A DNA stretch of 64,000 nt from Octopus bimaculoides (Eukaryota). Both the position numbers and the translations under genes were made by a program. Each line of letters starts with the position of its first letter. The stretch's first letter is position 1. Positions 13,940 to 27,190 of this stretch are shown piece by piece. The stretch covers positions 51,835,030-51,899,029 of the forward strand of contig NC_068981.1 in the NCBI RefSeq assembly GCF_001194135.2, given 5' to 3'. The notes under the pieces are model-generated. The model made no database searches. It saw nothing but the letters and a program-made list of their open reading frames with translations, and was not told where the DNA came from.

Positions 13940-14790
13940 CATATGCCTTCCTATAGTTAATCCAAGCCATTGATAGGCTTGTCAGTCTTCTTCAGCGATT
14001 CCTCAGAATTGACTTAACAATCATCAACTCAGCTATCGTTCCGCGTGATTCCTTCCTGTAGCCTTTCTGTTCATCCGCTAGCATATTACTTCTTTCTAGA
14101 TGTTAGTACAATCTCTTTCCAATTTTCCCAGTTAGAAAATTTCACATCAACGGTAACCAAGCAATCCGACAATACTTACTCGCCACGGCACCCTTCACTA
14201 AGCCCTTCTAAATCAACAGTTCTTCCATTGTCTATCCATCCATTCTGGTACAATTTCTTTGTGTACACAGCCTTGAAGGAATATTTGTAGTTTAGGATGT
14301 AAATTCGTCTAAACCAAAAACCCTGAAAAGGGTTCGGACCAACTGCCTTCCAATTTCTAGTCTTACCAAAACCAGCTTAAATATCTTTCAACGTAATGGT
14401 AATATCCTCCTGTATCTTTATGTCTTTGAATTTTTCTTGCACTACATGGAGCCAGCGTCCATGTTGTTGTGCTTCACATTCTCTGACCAGATCTTACTCT
14501 GACCAGATCTTACTCCATGACGAAGCAGGTAACCCCGCTGCTTCCTTCTCTCCTCCATCCAGAGTCTCGTAGAACAGATTCTAATTTGTTCTAAACAGTT
14601 GATTTTGTTTATATTTTAGGCATATTTCCTCGTATTTTTTTTTATCTTAACTCCACTCGTTTTGATCTTTTGTTTTAACCTATCAGATATTTGAAAAATG
14701 CCATATTCTCCGGGTGATATTTCTTATTCACTCAATTCTGGTCTCTTTCATTGAGCATCATATTTCCTCTCCTTACTTCCTCCATTTTAC
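13940..14790 (-). mobile_element. R4/Dong-type non-LTR reverse transcriptase relic
   Basis: Minus strand: 'NWKAVGPNPFQGFW', 'VPEWM', 'DEQKGYRKESRGT', 'SLSMAWINYRKAY' (R4 consensus NWKAPGPD..QG.W / EEQKGCR..SRGT / LSMAWIDYKKAYD); many stops. Confidence 0.85.
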
Positions 14791-14814
14791 TTAAATCCTA
14801 CCGCTTTGTATATT

Positions 14815-15345
14815 TTTTATTATCATTGAGAGAGCAGTGCATTCCATCAAAGTGACACTGGGGTAAAATATACGAAGCTCAATATACCCATCATGACTAC
14901 CTGTCTGATAATGGTACACCAGCCACATGCACCGCAACCATATGTGCGTGACATGGTGATCTCATAAAAATAAACAACGCATGACGTTGCAGGTGGCGCC
15001 CAGTTAAAATTTTCTTCAGATCGAGTAGCCCACCCCGCACCAAAAGTCCCTGAATAACAGTTGTTTAAAGGATGTTGAACGAAACACCCATATTTCCAGA
15101 GGTGTATTATTCAAACCCTAAAGAATCATAGCCATCACATGGCTATGATGCTCCCCCACTATGATGATCAGAGATGCACATATCGTCAGCCACCAAGAGA
15201 TATGCTCAACTGGTTAGGGTCAAACAAGTGATAAGAAAAGCTATGGTATTGAGCAGAATATTTGATGTAGCCCACAAAGACAGAACACGTACATGATAAC
15301 ACTTGCAATCAGTTAAGATCAGAAGCCATGAGAGCCAGTGCCTGG
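14815..15345 (-). mobile_element. Interspersed repeat, probable 3' end of a retroelement with an AAT-type tail
   Basis: Recognised from memory as a common octopod repeat (…GTGTCACTTTGATGGAATGCACTGCTCTCTCAATGATAAT on the minus strand); class not established. Confidence 0.45.
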
Positions 15346-15380
15346 TACTGCATCAAGGCATTATTGTTGTTGTTGCTGTT

Positions 15381-15600
15381 GAGGTGGCGAGCTGGTAGAA
15401 TTTTTAGCACGCCGGACACAATGCTTAGCGGCATTACGTCCGTCTTTACGTTCTGGGTACAAGCTCCGCGGAGATCGACTTTGCCTTTCATCCTTTAGGA
15501 GTCGATAATATAAATACCAGTCATAATCAGTTTATCCACTATCCCGAACTTGCTGGTCTTGGACCAAAATTTGGAGCCACAGTCATAATTAACTCCTATA
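15381..15600 (+). mobile_element. SINE family A copy
   Basis: GGTGGCGAGCTGGTAGAAT..TAGCACGCCGGAC..AATGCTTAGCGGCATT...GTCGACTTTGCCTTTCATCC-like sequence. Confidence 0.85.
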
Positions 15601-15789
15601 CAAGAAAGTAGCTTTTGTGAAGCTCTAGATCCAGCCAGATATTCATGAATTTATACACTATGTACACTACCTATTTCATCCTCATTTATCCTCAATCCGG
15701 CGGCGGCAGCGGCGGCGTCGGTGGTGGTGGCGGCGGCAGCGACAGCGGTGTTGTTAAATTTCAAAAGGTATTGCATTACATGCCACTTT

Positions 15790-17520
15790 TCGGTCACTCT
15801 TAGATCCATAAATCTCGATTAACATCCCAACGCATGGTTTTACCGACGTGTACTTCTACGCTTTATGTTAGATTACTACATAAACTAAAAAAGAGGTTAT
15901 CACTTTCGTCTCCTTTTTCACAGATTCTACATTTGCTGTCTGACTAAGTTTTTTCAGTCTCTATCTTTACAAGTTCGTTCCAATGGCTTATTCCTGAACG
16001 GCTTGTTCCTGGGCGGCTTGTTCCTCTACTTCTAAAAATATTTCCTTGGTCATTTTCTTGTATACTTTTTTTCTGTAACCCCTATCCATATGCCCTTGTC
16101 AAACATAGCCCGTTTGTCTTCGAAAATCACTGAATACAGCTTCTTTCTTTCAAACTTTAATTATTTCCTTTCCACATTTTCTATTTTCTCTTTTTGGGTT
16201 CTACAAATTCTGTCAAGTTTCTTTAACTTATTACTTCCTCACCTTAAAAATTGTTTCTTTTTTTTTTTTTTTTTTTTTTTTTGTGTGTGTATTTGCAAAA
16301 CTTGTCTTCTCTGGTTCTACTACCTCTTCGACACTAATTAACTCGCCTCCTACTGCAGTTCTCCTTCAGTATACCCTGTCTACATTTTACATCGTGATCT
16401 CCTTCGTTTTGCTATTGACATACTTCATTTCATCATTCTTCTATTCAATAATTCCTGCTGTTGGGTTTCCTTCATTTCCATATTTTTCATTTAGTTATTT
16501 TCCCGTACTCATTTTTATGTTTCTTCTATATTTAATGATTCTAAAGTTTCATCATTACGTAGGTGTATTCCAGCACCACTTTTTCAGCTTTATCATAGCA
16601 TAGCCATTTCACGATCGGAATATTACCCCATGTCATTTTAAATATTCTTACAGCTTACAATAATGAATTCAGGGAATACTTTTCTGACAGAAAATTTTAT
16701 GTCATCCATAGCTAGGTAGATTATTCACTTTCTCCCTTTCTTCTTCACTGAGTATCCCTCTTTAGCTTAGTTAGAATCGACGAAGAGAGCAGAGCGATTA
16801 CAAAAAAGATATAAAGATTTAGCTTCCCTAGTATGTATGTTAATCTTTGACTTGCAGTTGTTAACTTTTCTCTGCAATGTCGTATTGCCTTTTCTAAAAG
16901 GAAACTAATTATTTTCGAACTCTTGAAAGTTCTAGGAACCGCTTTTCCACGGATATGATATTAGGCCATATGCTTTTCTGCAATCGATTAACGCATGAAT
17001 AAAATAATTTTGTAGTGTTTGAAGCATTTAAGCAAACTTAGGTTGCAGACAAAAAGCTTTACTTTTTATCTTCTGCAATATTTCAGACATTTTCATTTTC
17101 TTTTCGGCCATTAATAAGTCTTTCGTCCCTCCTAATTCGGTAGCCTTTCTATTCATCAAGTATTAGATATTTCTAATGTAAATGTTACCATACCTCTTCC
17201 GAAACTATCTCTGTCGGGTGTTCCTACATAAATAGTAGATATGTAATTAATTGGTAATTTAAGATAGCATTTCCTTTACCAATTTGTCCTTCGTTATCAT
17301 CCAAGTTCTTTCCTTTTGTTAACCGTAGTGGTGTACCTCACTTCGATGGCTATTCATTTAGTTCTGTCACTATGGTTTCACGTAGACTCGTAAACACTTT
17401 CAAGCAGAAACCATGAACAAGACCTGATTCAGCAGATTCCTACCTCCCCACCGTTTTTAAGTGCTTTCCAATATTTGAGCTCATGATAGTAATATCATTC
17501 TTCACCTCAACATTTTCAGC
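15790..17520 (-). mobile_element. R4/Dong-type non-LTR relic spanning RT to zinc knuckle
   Basis: Minus strand: 'GLVHGFCLK', 'KGNAILNYQLITYL', 'DE*KGYR', 'ALIDCRKAYGLISYPW', then 'AAQEQA', 'DSKCRICEKGDES...CSNL'. Confidence 0.75.
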
Positions 17521-17560
17521 GATCTTGTTGTTGTAGCTGTTGATGTTGTTGTTACGGGTG

Positions 17561-17575
17561 GTAGTAGTAGTAGTG

Positions 17576-17636
<61 letters not shown>
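17561..17636. repeat. (AGT)n microsatellite
   Basis: Seen directly. Confidence 0.97.
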
Positions 17637-18504
17637 ATTTTGTTGTTTGCGTTATAGTAATAGCAAAGATCCAGTGCCAAATATAGTCGCTTTCCTGTCT
17701 TTAACATTAGTTAATTCACCCGCATTACAAAGGCATTAGTGTATGCGTATATATATGTATATGGAGGGGAAGAGGATGCATGTTAGCATGTGTATGTAAG
17801 TATTTGTGTGTCTGTGAGAGAGGGGGGAAAGAGACAAAGTATGTGATCATGTATAAAAATACTCCATAAAATTCTTCATGAAGAACAAACCTCGCCAGAA
17901 ACATGAACTCAAGTTTACTCTACAGAGAAACAGAATATTTACTATACCGTTGCAAACTCCTCGATCTGTGATAAACATTGTCTGAAACACTGCAGAAGGT
18001 AAAAAGAAAAAAGAAAAAAAGCTGTTTGTCTGTAACGTAAGTTTGCTTAAATGCTTCAAACACTGCAAAATTATTTTAAACCACGACAAATCGTATTGAT
18101 GTTAATGTATTTTGCTGCGTGTATGTTGATGGGTGTACATGTGTGCATTGTTGCTTATCTCCGACGGTCTGTGCGCGCGCGTGTGTGTGAGTGTGCTCGC
18201 GCGTGCGTTGTGTGTTTATGTGTGTGTGTGTGCGTGTGCGTTAGTATGTGTAGATGTGTGTCTCTTAGTGTTTTTGTATGGAAAACAAATGTCCCTGTGA
18301 ACCATATTCTCATGAGATACGAGATAAGAGATATGGAGAGTGGAAATTCTTGCTATTTTATTCTTTTTTTCTTTTTTCATTGACACTCTCTCACTCTCCA
18401 TCTCACCAAATATCTATCTGTATCTACTTATCACTATACACACAAACACATATATGCATACACATACGTACACACGCATACACATATATACAAGTATATA
18501 TATG

Positions 18505-18565
<61 letters not shown>

Positions 18566-18930
18566 TACATATATATACATATATAAATGTATACCTGCGT
18601 GTGTATGTGTATGTTTGTCTGTTTATCTGGCTAACTAGCTACATATATTCTTTCTCGGTTTTATTTTCTTATTTGTCCTTATCTATTAGCATTTCAACAC
18701 TCTCTCTCTGTCTCTCTTTCTCTATTTCTTTCTTTCTCTCTTGTTCTCTCAATCGCTTGCTCAATTGCTCACTCTCTCTTTCGCTCTCGCTCTCTCTCTC
18801 CTCTCTACCTGCCTTTCTCTTTGTTTCCATTTCTCCCTCTATCATTCTTACACAGACGTTTCTACACACCTTTCTCTCGTGCCTCATTATGTCCCTATTT
18901 TTCTACCTTAAACTCTCTCTCTTTCTCTCT

Positions 18931-19036
<106 letters not shown>

Positions 19037-19925
19037 CTTTCTCCTTCCCTACCTATCTATCCGTATTTTTGTTTTCATTTCTTTCTCGTGTTTTCTTTCC
19101 ATTTCACATTCTCTCTTTCTTTCTTTCTTCTTTCTTTCTCACTCTGTATCTTTCCTTCTCTTTCTTACTCTCTCTCTCTCCTTATACCTATCTATTTATC
19201 TCTTTGACTTTTAATAAATGAGAATTTCTCGTGACCAAGCGGTATTACCAAAAAAGCAATTTTCTTTATACTGCAAGTTTGTCCATTCCTCGCTTGATAC
19301 ATAACTACCTTCAAAATGCTTGGGTTGGCAGGTCGAGAGAAAAAATAAGTAAAACACACAGAAACTAAATCATTAAAAGTAGGAAAAAAAACAAGTCACC
19401 GCCACAGAATAAATAAAAACTATAAATAAATATAAAAAAGAAAATATCAAACGAAAACAGAGAAAAGCAAGGGACTCTATATTGTGAAAGTAATTTAGCG
19501 TGCAAAATAGAAACGCATTTTGGCAATAGCCGTCCCAAAACTCTGCTTTATGTCTGTTTATCATCAGTGATGTATTGGAAAGCATTATGTCCGTTACGGC
19601 CTAGTTTTAACAATAAACTCCATCACTAATACAACCACCATCACCATCATCAATATTATCGTGATGTTGGGCATCATTATCTCACAACACTACCAATGGT
19701 AGAGCATGATGCAAAATATTTTTTATTTATTAATTTTACTTTTCTTTATACCATCATAAATTTATTCATAATACATGTTTATTTATCTCATCTGTCTTCT
19801 TTCCTTCAATTCTAGTTTTCTTTATATATCTTTGTGTATTAAAATATTTTCTCAATTTCGTGTTTTTGCTTATTTATTATACTTTTCAGTTATTATAACC
19901 CAGCACTCACCTATAGACATTTATG

Positions 19926-20037
<112 letters not shown>

Positions 20038-21749
20038 CAAAAAATATAAGCATACGCATGCAGATATGAAGCTGAACATTTGAGAAAATCATATCTAAAT
20101 TTAGCATATCCATTAGTACTGAGCTTTTTGGAGACATTGAATAAATGAAACAAACCCATTAATGCCAAACCACTCAAAGACATTCCTAAACTCAGTAAAA
20201 TCCATTACCACTCAAACATTCATCGAGACCCATCTTGTCCTTTGAAATAATTGAATGAAACCGTTCTTTAAATAGAATATCGCTGAAAGTTATTCCTCCC
20301 AAATCAATTTATTTAGCACTAAACGAGCCAACAAAGGAGCCTCTACGTGGTCAACTGAACTTCGAGAAATAGCAGCCAAATGACATTCAAACCTCGTTTC
20401 GGTGTCTTAGAATAGAACAAAAACATAATAGAAATTATGACTTTGATGCATACTGTCTAAATACAAAGGAGATGATCATGGTTTGAATCATTTTGATCAT
20501 AGGCTATTCAATCAGGGTTAATCTGAACCTGAACGACTACTTACCAGTACAAAACACTTACAGAGTCCTTCCTCTATGGACATATCTGCACAGATGCCCA
20601 CTCCACAGATAGACACATTTACCCTCGTTATCTAATTAAAATGACTCGCTTGTCAGTAAAGATTCGGGTAGAACTCGTGACACATAATATGCAAGATCCA
20701 ATTAGTCAGTGCCTCCATTTAACTGTTATTCCGGCAGCGGTCAGAGGAAATACACAACATTCAAATGTTTTATCAATAATCTATTCAGGTTGCAATAATA
20801 ATCCGACCAACTTCTACTGCGTGCTTTTAGATACTTACACTATACATGTTTAAACCAGTAAACTCCGGTTAATTAATTAGTGACGCTATCCATACAAAAA
20901 AATAATAGGTAAGTTATTGTTATTAATTCTAAAGATGTAGTTAGTTTCATATAAGTACTGTGGAATATATATATATGCGGTGAAGAAAAGACAACGTTAA
21001 TACAATGACCAATATCTATACTTTTAATCATTTCGGCAAATCCGGTAGGCAACTGGAAATGCTTCGGTTTAATTAAATTCCTTATCAAAGTATACATTTT
21101 AACATATTTGCCTCAGTAATTACGAGAGAATCACAGAATGAATGTACAGTATCATACATGAGTAAGTGTGAAAAATTTAATTAAAAAGCATCACTGAGAT
21201 CAATTACTCAAAGGCGCAGTACTTATGAATTACAACAGTTATGTCGGTACGGAGATGCTTATATTCAACTGAGGAGGTATTAAACGATACTAGCTGATAT
21301 GATTACATTGAACAAACGTTTCTTTCCTCCAACAGAAGTATTTCTAATCAAGTATTTAATGTTTACTGCGTCAAATAAAATGACACAGTGGATGGCGACG
21401 CTGAATAGTTATACAAAACTACTTTGTTTTTCTGAATATGTTTTTCTAGTTTACTCGTCCACGATGTTGCGGTTCTATTTTGAAATTTAATTTTCCCATT
21501 ACCATTTCGTTTAGTGTGGTAAAATCTATGCTTTGCTAAGAAGCTCTTGTAAGAGAGGGAGATATCCTGCCGAAATAATTAAATTAGTATTAAACATTTT
21601 GAGGACGTTTCTTTTCCTCACAGCATGATTATTTCTAATTCGTTGTGTAATTCCCACTGCATGATGTATACTAATACTGAACAACTTACATTTTAATATG
21701 TTTAGTCCAAGAAAAAGATTCTGCACCTATAAGCTTCGTACGCCTTTCC

Positions 21750-22210
21750 AAGGTGTTGAAATTAATGTGGCTGGTGTTTAGTTTTAACATCTGTATGCTC
21801 ACGACAGTAAGAAGAAGTATAATGGGGAAAAGTTTCAAAAGGTTTGATGTGCTTGGTAAGGAATTTGCATAGTTGTCGGTTCAAAGCCTTGATGGACACA
21901 ATATGGGGAACAAGGACGAGTTTGCCAATGTTCTCATAAAGGATTTGCGATATACAGGTAGCTAGATCTATGGTGCAGAAGTCATTGTAGTTCGGTAGAA
22001 AAAAAGGGGAAGAGCATTGTGTCTAATGGCAAGGAATTGAAATATATTGGTGACTCGTTTCCGGTAAGTCGGGTCGTTTCCTTTTCGATACAGTCCAATA
22101 AGTTCGCGTATGCAGTAGCAGTACCATATCAGGTGAAGACATAATAATGTATATGGTATTGTCCGTCTCATTTGAGGTTTGTAGAACGTCAACAACTGTT
22201 AGGAGTTGTT
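21750..22210 (-). mobile_element. CR1/Jockey-like LINE relic (C-terminal of RT)
   Basis: Minus strand: 'FYKPQMRRTIPY', 'ANLLDCIEKETTRLTG', 'LAIRHNALPLFFYR' resemble LYKAQIRP.MEY / LLDRVQKRAIRLIG / LSHRRNV..LFYR. Confidence 0.55.
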
Positions 22211-22934
22211 AGGAGCTGAAATATTTAGAAATAGTAGATTAATCATTGAAATGCATTATTGGCTGATATGAATGTGTATCGCCGGGAGCGATCATTATAG
22301 CAAATATAAAATAAGGTATATTGAAGAGAGATTAGTCTCATAAAGAGTGGTTTTTGAGTGTTTTAATTGAGTGTTTTACAGATATTTCAAGATGCTGGAC
22401 ACAAGATAAAATTTAGCATATGAAATAATTCTAAAGTACATTTGTCTTAGAAGTAAAATCTCAATATAACTCCAATAACTGTATTAGAAGTAAAATTTCA
22501 TTATAACTCCAATAACTGATACATGTGTGTACACGTGAGTTCATGTATATGTTTGTGGAATTAAAATTTCAGTACAATAGCCGTATATTAGAAAACCTAA
22601 CAGAGATTTTATATATAACAAGAGATTCTAAACTTTTCGCCGAGGATGTCTAAAGAGATGTAGATAAATTTTTCACTTTTCTCATGTACTAAAATCTTGA
22701 ACTCTCATCATGCTTAGAGGAAGGAAATGATGTCTTCGTCAACAAAGTATATGAAGCACATAAACACAATCTACTTTTATGTTTCATATGTGTGTGTGTG
22801 TATGTACATACATATATATTTTCATAAATACAAGCATCTATGTATATGTGTATGTGTTTATGTATGTATGTATGTATGTATGTATGTATGTGTGTGTGTA
22901 TGTATACATGCATGAATACACATAGGCACACACA

Positions 22935-23390
22935 TCATCATCATCATCATCATCATCATCAGCTGTTACTCCTGTTCGAGAATTTCTGTAGGAAGAAATG
23001 CCAATGGCACTGATTTGGTTAAGATGGATCAGAACTTACACAGGTGGGATTCACACATCATTCTCAGCACCACATTTTGCATGAGACAGGCAATATCACG
23101 TGATGAAATTTGAAAGGAGTGTCACTAATGCAGTTGCCGTCTCGAGTGACGCCATCGTCGTAGCCAGGCCGTTTAGCGTTACTCTCCTTCGCCAATTTGA
23201 ACGTTACTTAAGTCAACCATTTTTCTTACCTGCATCCGCTTCTTTCATCCTTTGGGTCTTGGAGTGGTTGCCTGTGTTAAGTCTAGATTCTCTTTGTCCT
23301 TACAACCATCATCAGTGGAACCGGACTCACAATGGAATTGCTCCCACGGTCACTGGACTCGACAAACCCTCTACGTAGAGAAGAAACCAG
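22935..23390 (-). mobile_element. Probable non-autonomous RTE-derived element with a (GAT)n tail
   Basis: Minus strand starts GAGGGTTTGTCGAGTCCAGTGACCGTGGGAGCAA (RTE 5'UTR-like), contains GGCAACCACTCCA and ends in (GAT)n; no ORF. Confidence 0.35.
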
Positions 23391-23409
23391 CAACAATATT
23401 ATGCATACA

Positions 23410-23450
23410 TACGAGGGGGTGCTGAAAAATTCTTGGTTTTAGTTAAAAGA
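23410..23450 (+). mobile_element. Solo mariner terminal inverted repeat, same family as the MITE at 38113
   Basis: TACGAGGGGGTGCTGAAAAATTCTTGGTTTT matches TACGAAGGGTGCTGAAAAGTTCATGGCTTT. Confidence 0.6.
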
Positions 23451-23499
23451 AAAAACAGGAAGAAAAGTAAAAAAATTAGCAGAGGAGTGGTATTAGAAA

Positions 23500-23542
<43 letters not shown>

Positions 23543-23945
23543 CCATTGTTTAGTACAAGTCAATTGACCTTGTTTAAATCCCTACTTCCTCTCACTTCCT
23601 TATATTTTCTTTTTTTACCTTCTTCTAATACTTATTTCTCTCTCNNNNNNNNNNNNNNNNNNNNNNNNNNNNNNNNNNNNNNNNNNNNNNNNNNNNNNNN
23701 NNNNNNNNNNNNNNNNNNNNNNNNNNNNNNNNNNNNNNNNNNNNNNNNNNNNNNNNNNNNNNNNNNNNNNNNNNNNNNNNNNNNNNNNNNNNNNNNNNNN
23801 NNNNNNNNNNNNNNNNNNNNNNNNNNNNNNNNNNNNNNNNNNNNNNNNNNNNNNNNNNNNNNNNNNNNNNNNNNNNNNNNNNNNNNNNNNNNNNNNNNNN
23901 NNNAACATGTGTAGCCCGGATCTTTCCAACTCCATTTCGTAACTC

Positions 23946-24002
<57 letters not shown>

Positions 24003-24539
24003 TGTCTGTCTGTCTGTCTGTGTGTCTGTCTGTCTGTGTGTGTGTGTCTGTGTGTAATACTGACGTTTCATTGATCTTCATCTTCTTGCCCTTTGACCTT
24101 GTGATTAATGTTGTAATTAGTTTAAGGAGTACTGGTAGACTAAATATAGCAGTTTTTAGACATTAATATTATCACACTCCAATGTTGCGTAACAGGGACT
24201 AAGAACAATTTAATTATGTAGTCCATTGTACTAAAGTAGTGAGGAGTAATAGTGTAACACTTGAAAATGGCACAGTAATAGATTTTGGTTTCGGGATGGC
24301 AACTGTTTTCATATTTTAATATTCCATATTAGAAAATTCTCATCTGTCATTATTTCTCTGACTCTACGTCAACGAAAAATAGATTTAGTAATTTTACTTG
24401 GTGACTATCAGCAAATCGTCTTACAAGTTACAGTGGCGGTATATGTCGACTGATGAGACTACAATGGAAGATGAAACGCATCCGGAGTACTCACCCGTAA
24501 ATATACTAGCCGATGAAAAAGATACATTTATCATGAATT

Positions 24540-24960
24540 AATACTATTACTGTTTCTACCAGATTTTTTAATATGTTAGCTCTTGAATTTTCTCGTCATC
24601 AAATGTTTTCATCAAGATAACTTTCCATATAGGCTCCTTTGTTACTTCCTTTGTAAGAGGCTAGTCCTTCCGACAGGCAATGCGTAGTATTAGTATTAGT
24701 TTGCTGCAGATACTATCATTATAGTTTCTGCAACCGTTATGATTCTTGATAGTTATCGTTCTTGAACAGTGTTTTCAGGTTGTTACTGTTCTTGTAAAGA
24801 TTAATGGTATATTTTGGTGGAATAGTTTGAGATACGCTGCAAAATGTTGTGTAATCCTATATAATGTAGTATACTAGTAGTTTAGAGCAATTTTGTTTGG
24901 TTTCTGTCATTTGTAAGAGTGCAGATATAAACGTTCACAGGGATAAGTGCTTTCTATGAT
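24540..24960 (-). mobile_element. Heavily decayed Penelope-like relic (linker/GIY-YIG side)
   Basis: Minus-strand fragments resembling GYP..I, the LV..YHP region, 'NLKTLF' and a Cys-bearing linker; similarity is weak. Confidence 0.35.
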
Positions 24961-27087
24961 AGCCTTGTGTTGACCAATACTTAAATAAAGAAAATTTGAT
25001 AAAAGGGAAGTATTTAAGTGTGTGTGAGTGTGTGTGTGTGGGGGGTTGTGTATGTAAACATATATATGTGTACGTGTATGTATTCATACATAATTATATA
25101 CAGAAACATGTCTGCATATACTTTTGTCTGTCATATAGTTGCAGTGTGGCCTACTGGTTATGTTGCTTGCTTCGTAATCGTGTGGCACTTGTTTCCATTC
25201 TTTTCTGTAGTTTCTTGGACAAATATCCTTTATCATAGCCTCGTCTCCAGCCAAGGCTTGTAAGAAAAACTAGGTAGATGAGAGTTGTCCCTCTTTTCCT
25301 GTTTTTGCATATATATATATGGAATACTCAACCAGCTACAGGCTTATTCAATGAATAGGTAATTCAGTCAATAGAACCACTGATTAAAGATCGGCGAAAC
25401 CGTCAGAGATCCATTTACTTAATTTGTGTGTGCATATAGGTTTGCACGCGCCCGTGTGTGTGTGCGCGCGCGCGTGTTTACTTGTATCTTTTATCTCTCA
25501 GTAATGTTTGCTGTTGCATGATGCAAACATCGGCAGGAAAATCGACAAACCAGGACTTTACTAACGAAATCCCTTGAAATAAATGTTCTGCATCAAACTG
25601 TCCATTTTTGCTCTTACCATCAGAAGAGCAATGAACTAATGACTCCTCTGTTGGAAACTTGCAGCCAATGACACTGTTGTTCACCAATAGCGAATAAAAA
25701 TAAAATTCAGTAGTTGCTGCCTTGGGGAACTCACAATGGTAAAATCTGTTTCATCAGGGCCTTTCGATAACATCAGTAGTCGTTCCGGGTAAGCATCAGT
25801 TTCATATTTCATGAAAGTTAGCTCAGTCAGGAACTTAGCCCAGCCAAAACTCAAATTTTCCTTTAAATTTTCCTTAAATTTTCCTGTACGTTAATTTCTT
25901 GATATTATCTCCCCTTTTCTGGGAGAATCTCGAACAGTTACCGCTACATTTTAATTTCCTTTCTTCAACTAAGTAATTAAGAACTTGGAGGGGAGGTGTA
26001 TGTCATTTTACACATAACCCCCTTAACTTTGTTACATTTATAATGTCTTACACATGAAAACATGCAGAATTGTAACAATCAATTTAAATACTGATGCATA
26101 GCTTCCTTCAATAACCATAACACATTGATAATCGACATAAATAAAAACTGAGAATAATGTTAATAGGAAGTCGTCTTCTAGTGCTTTGCCAAAGACAAGT
26201 TGGTATATTTCCACTAATACTCGAAATTTAAAACGTTCTTCAAATACCTAACTTCATGAAATCGAAAACATAGCAAAGCTGTGATAAAATATTATTCTTT
26301 TGTGTTGATAGTAATGTTGTTATCTTGCAACTCAATCTATAAACAAAGTTTTGAAAAAAAAACTTCACAACACAATGAACTTTATACGCTTCAACAATGT
26401 GGATATCGCAGAGTGTGTCTGTGTGTATTTAGGTGTGTATTATTTTTGAAGCGTATACGTTTATTGTGATGGAAAGTTTATAACCTCACTATTATACAAA
26501 TGTATATATATATATACATGTATGTATGTATGTATGTATGTATGTATGTATGTATGTATATGTATATATATATATATACATATATATACATATCCATATA
26601 TATATGCATATATATATACTCATACATATATGTATGTATGTTTGTATCTATGCATACATACACACATACATTATTTGTATAAATATGACGAACGATCAAA
26701 CGAAGAATTTACAATTGTTAAACATTGTTTAATTTAATCTCTAAGAGAATCTTTTTTTAATAGTGGGGTTATAAACCTGAGGCATACCTAATTACACTTT
26801 GAAAGTCTAACATCAAAGCAATGGAAACAAACAATGTGCATGTTCTTAATAAAACAGAAAAGAGTGATAGCGACTTTATTAACCATGACAGTAACATCAG
26901 CAATAACTGCAATAATATCAGTGGAGCAAACTGCAGTCGCAATTACATCAGCAGCAACAATTCCAATGTATATATTTCTCTGTTATATAGATTATAACTT
27001 TAAGATTGGAAGACTTTTATATGGACTTATTGGATATCTGATTCTCGTATGTATAAGCATACACACATATATACAGACATAAATATG

Positions 27088-27190
<103 letters not shown>

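Noticed and set aside
25375-25410. CTGATTA...GAAACCGTC hammerhead-like string
   Set aside because: The core is mutated and stem II cannot pair.
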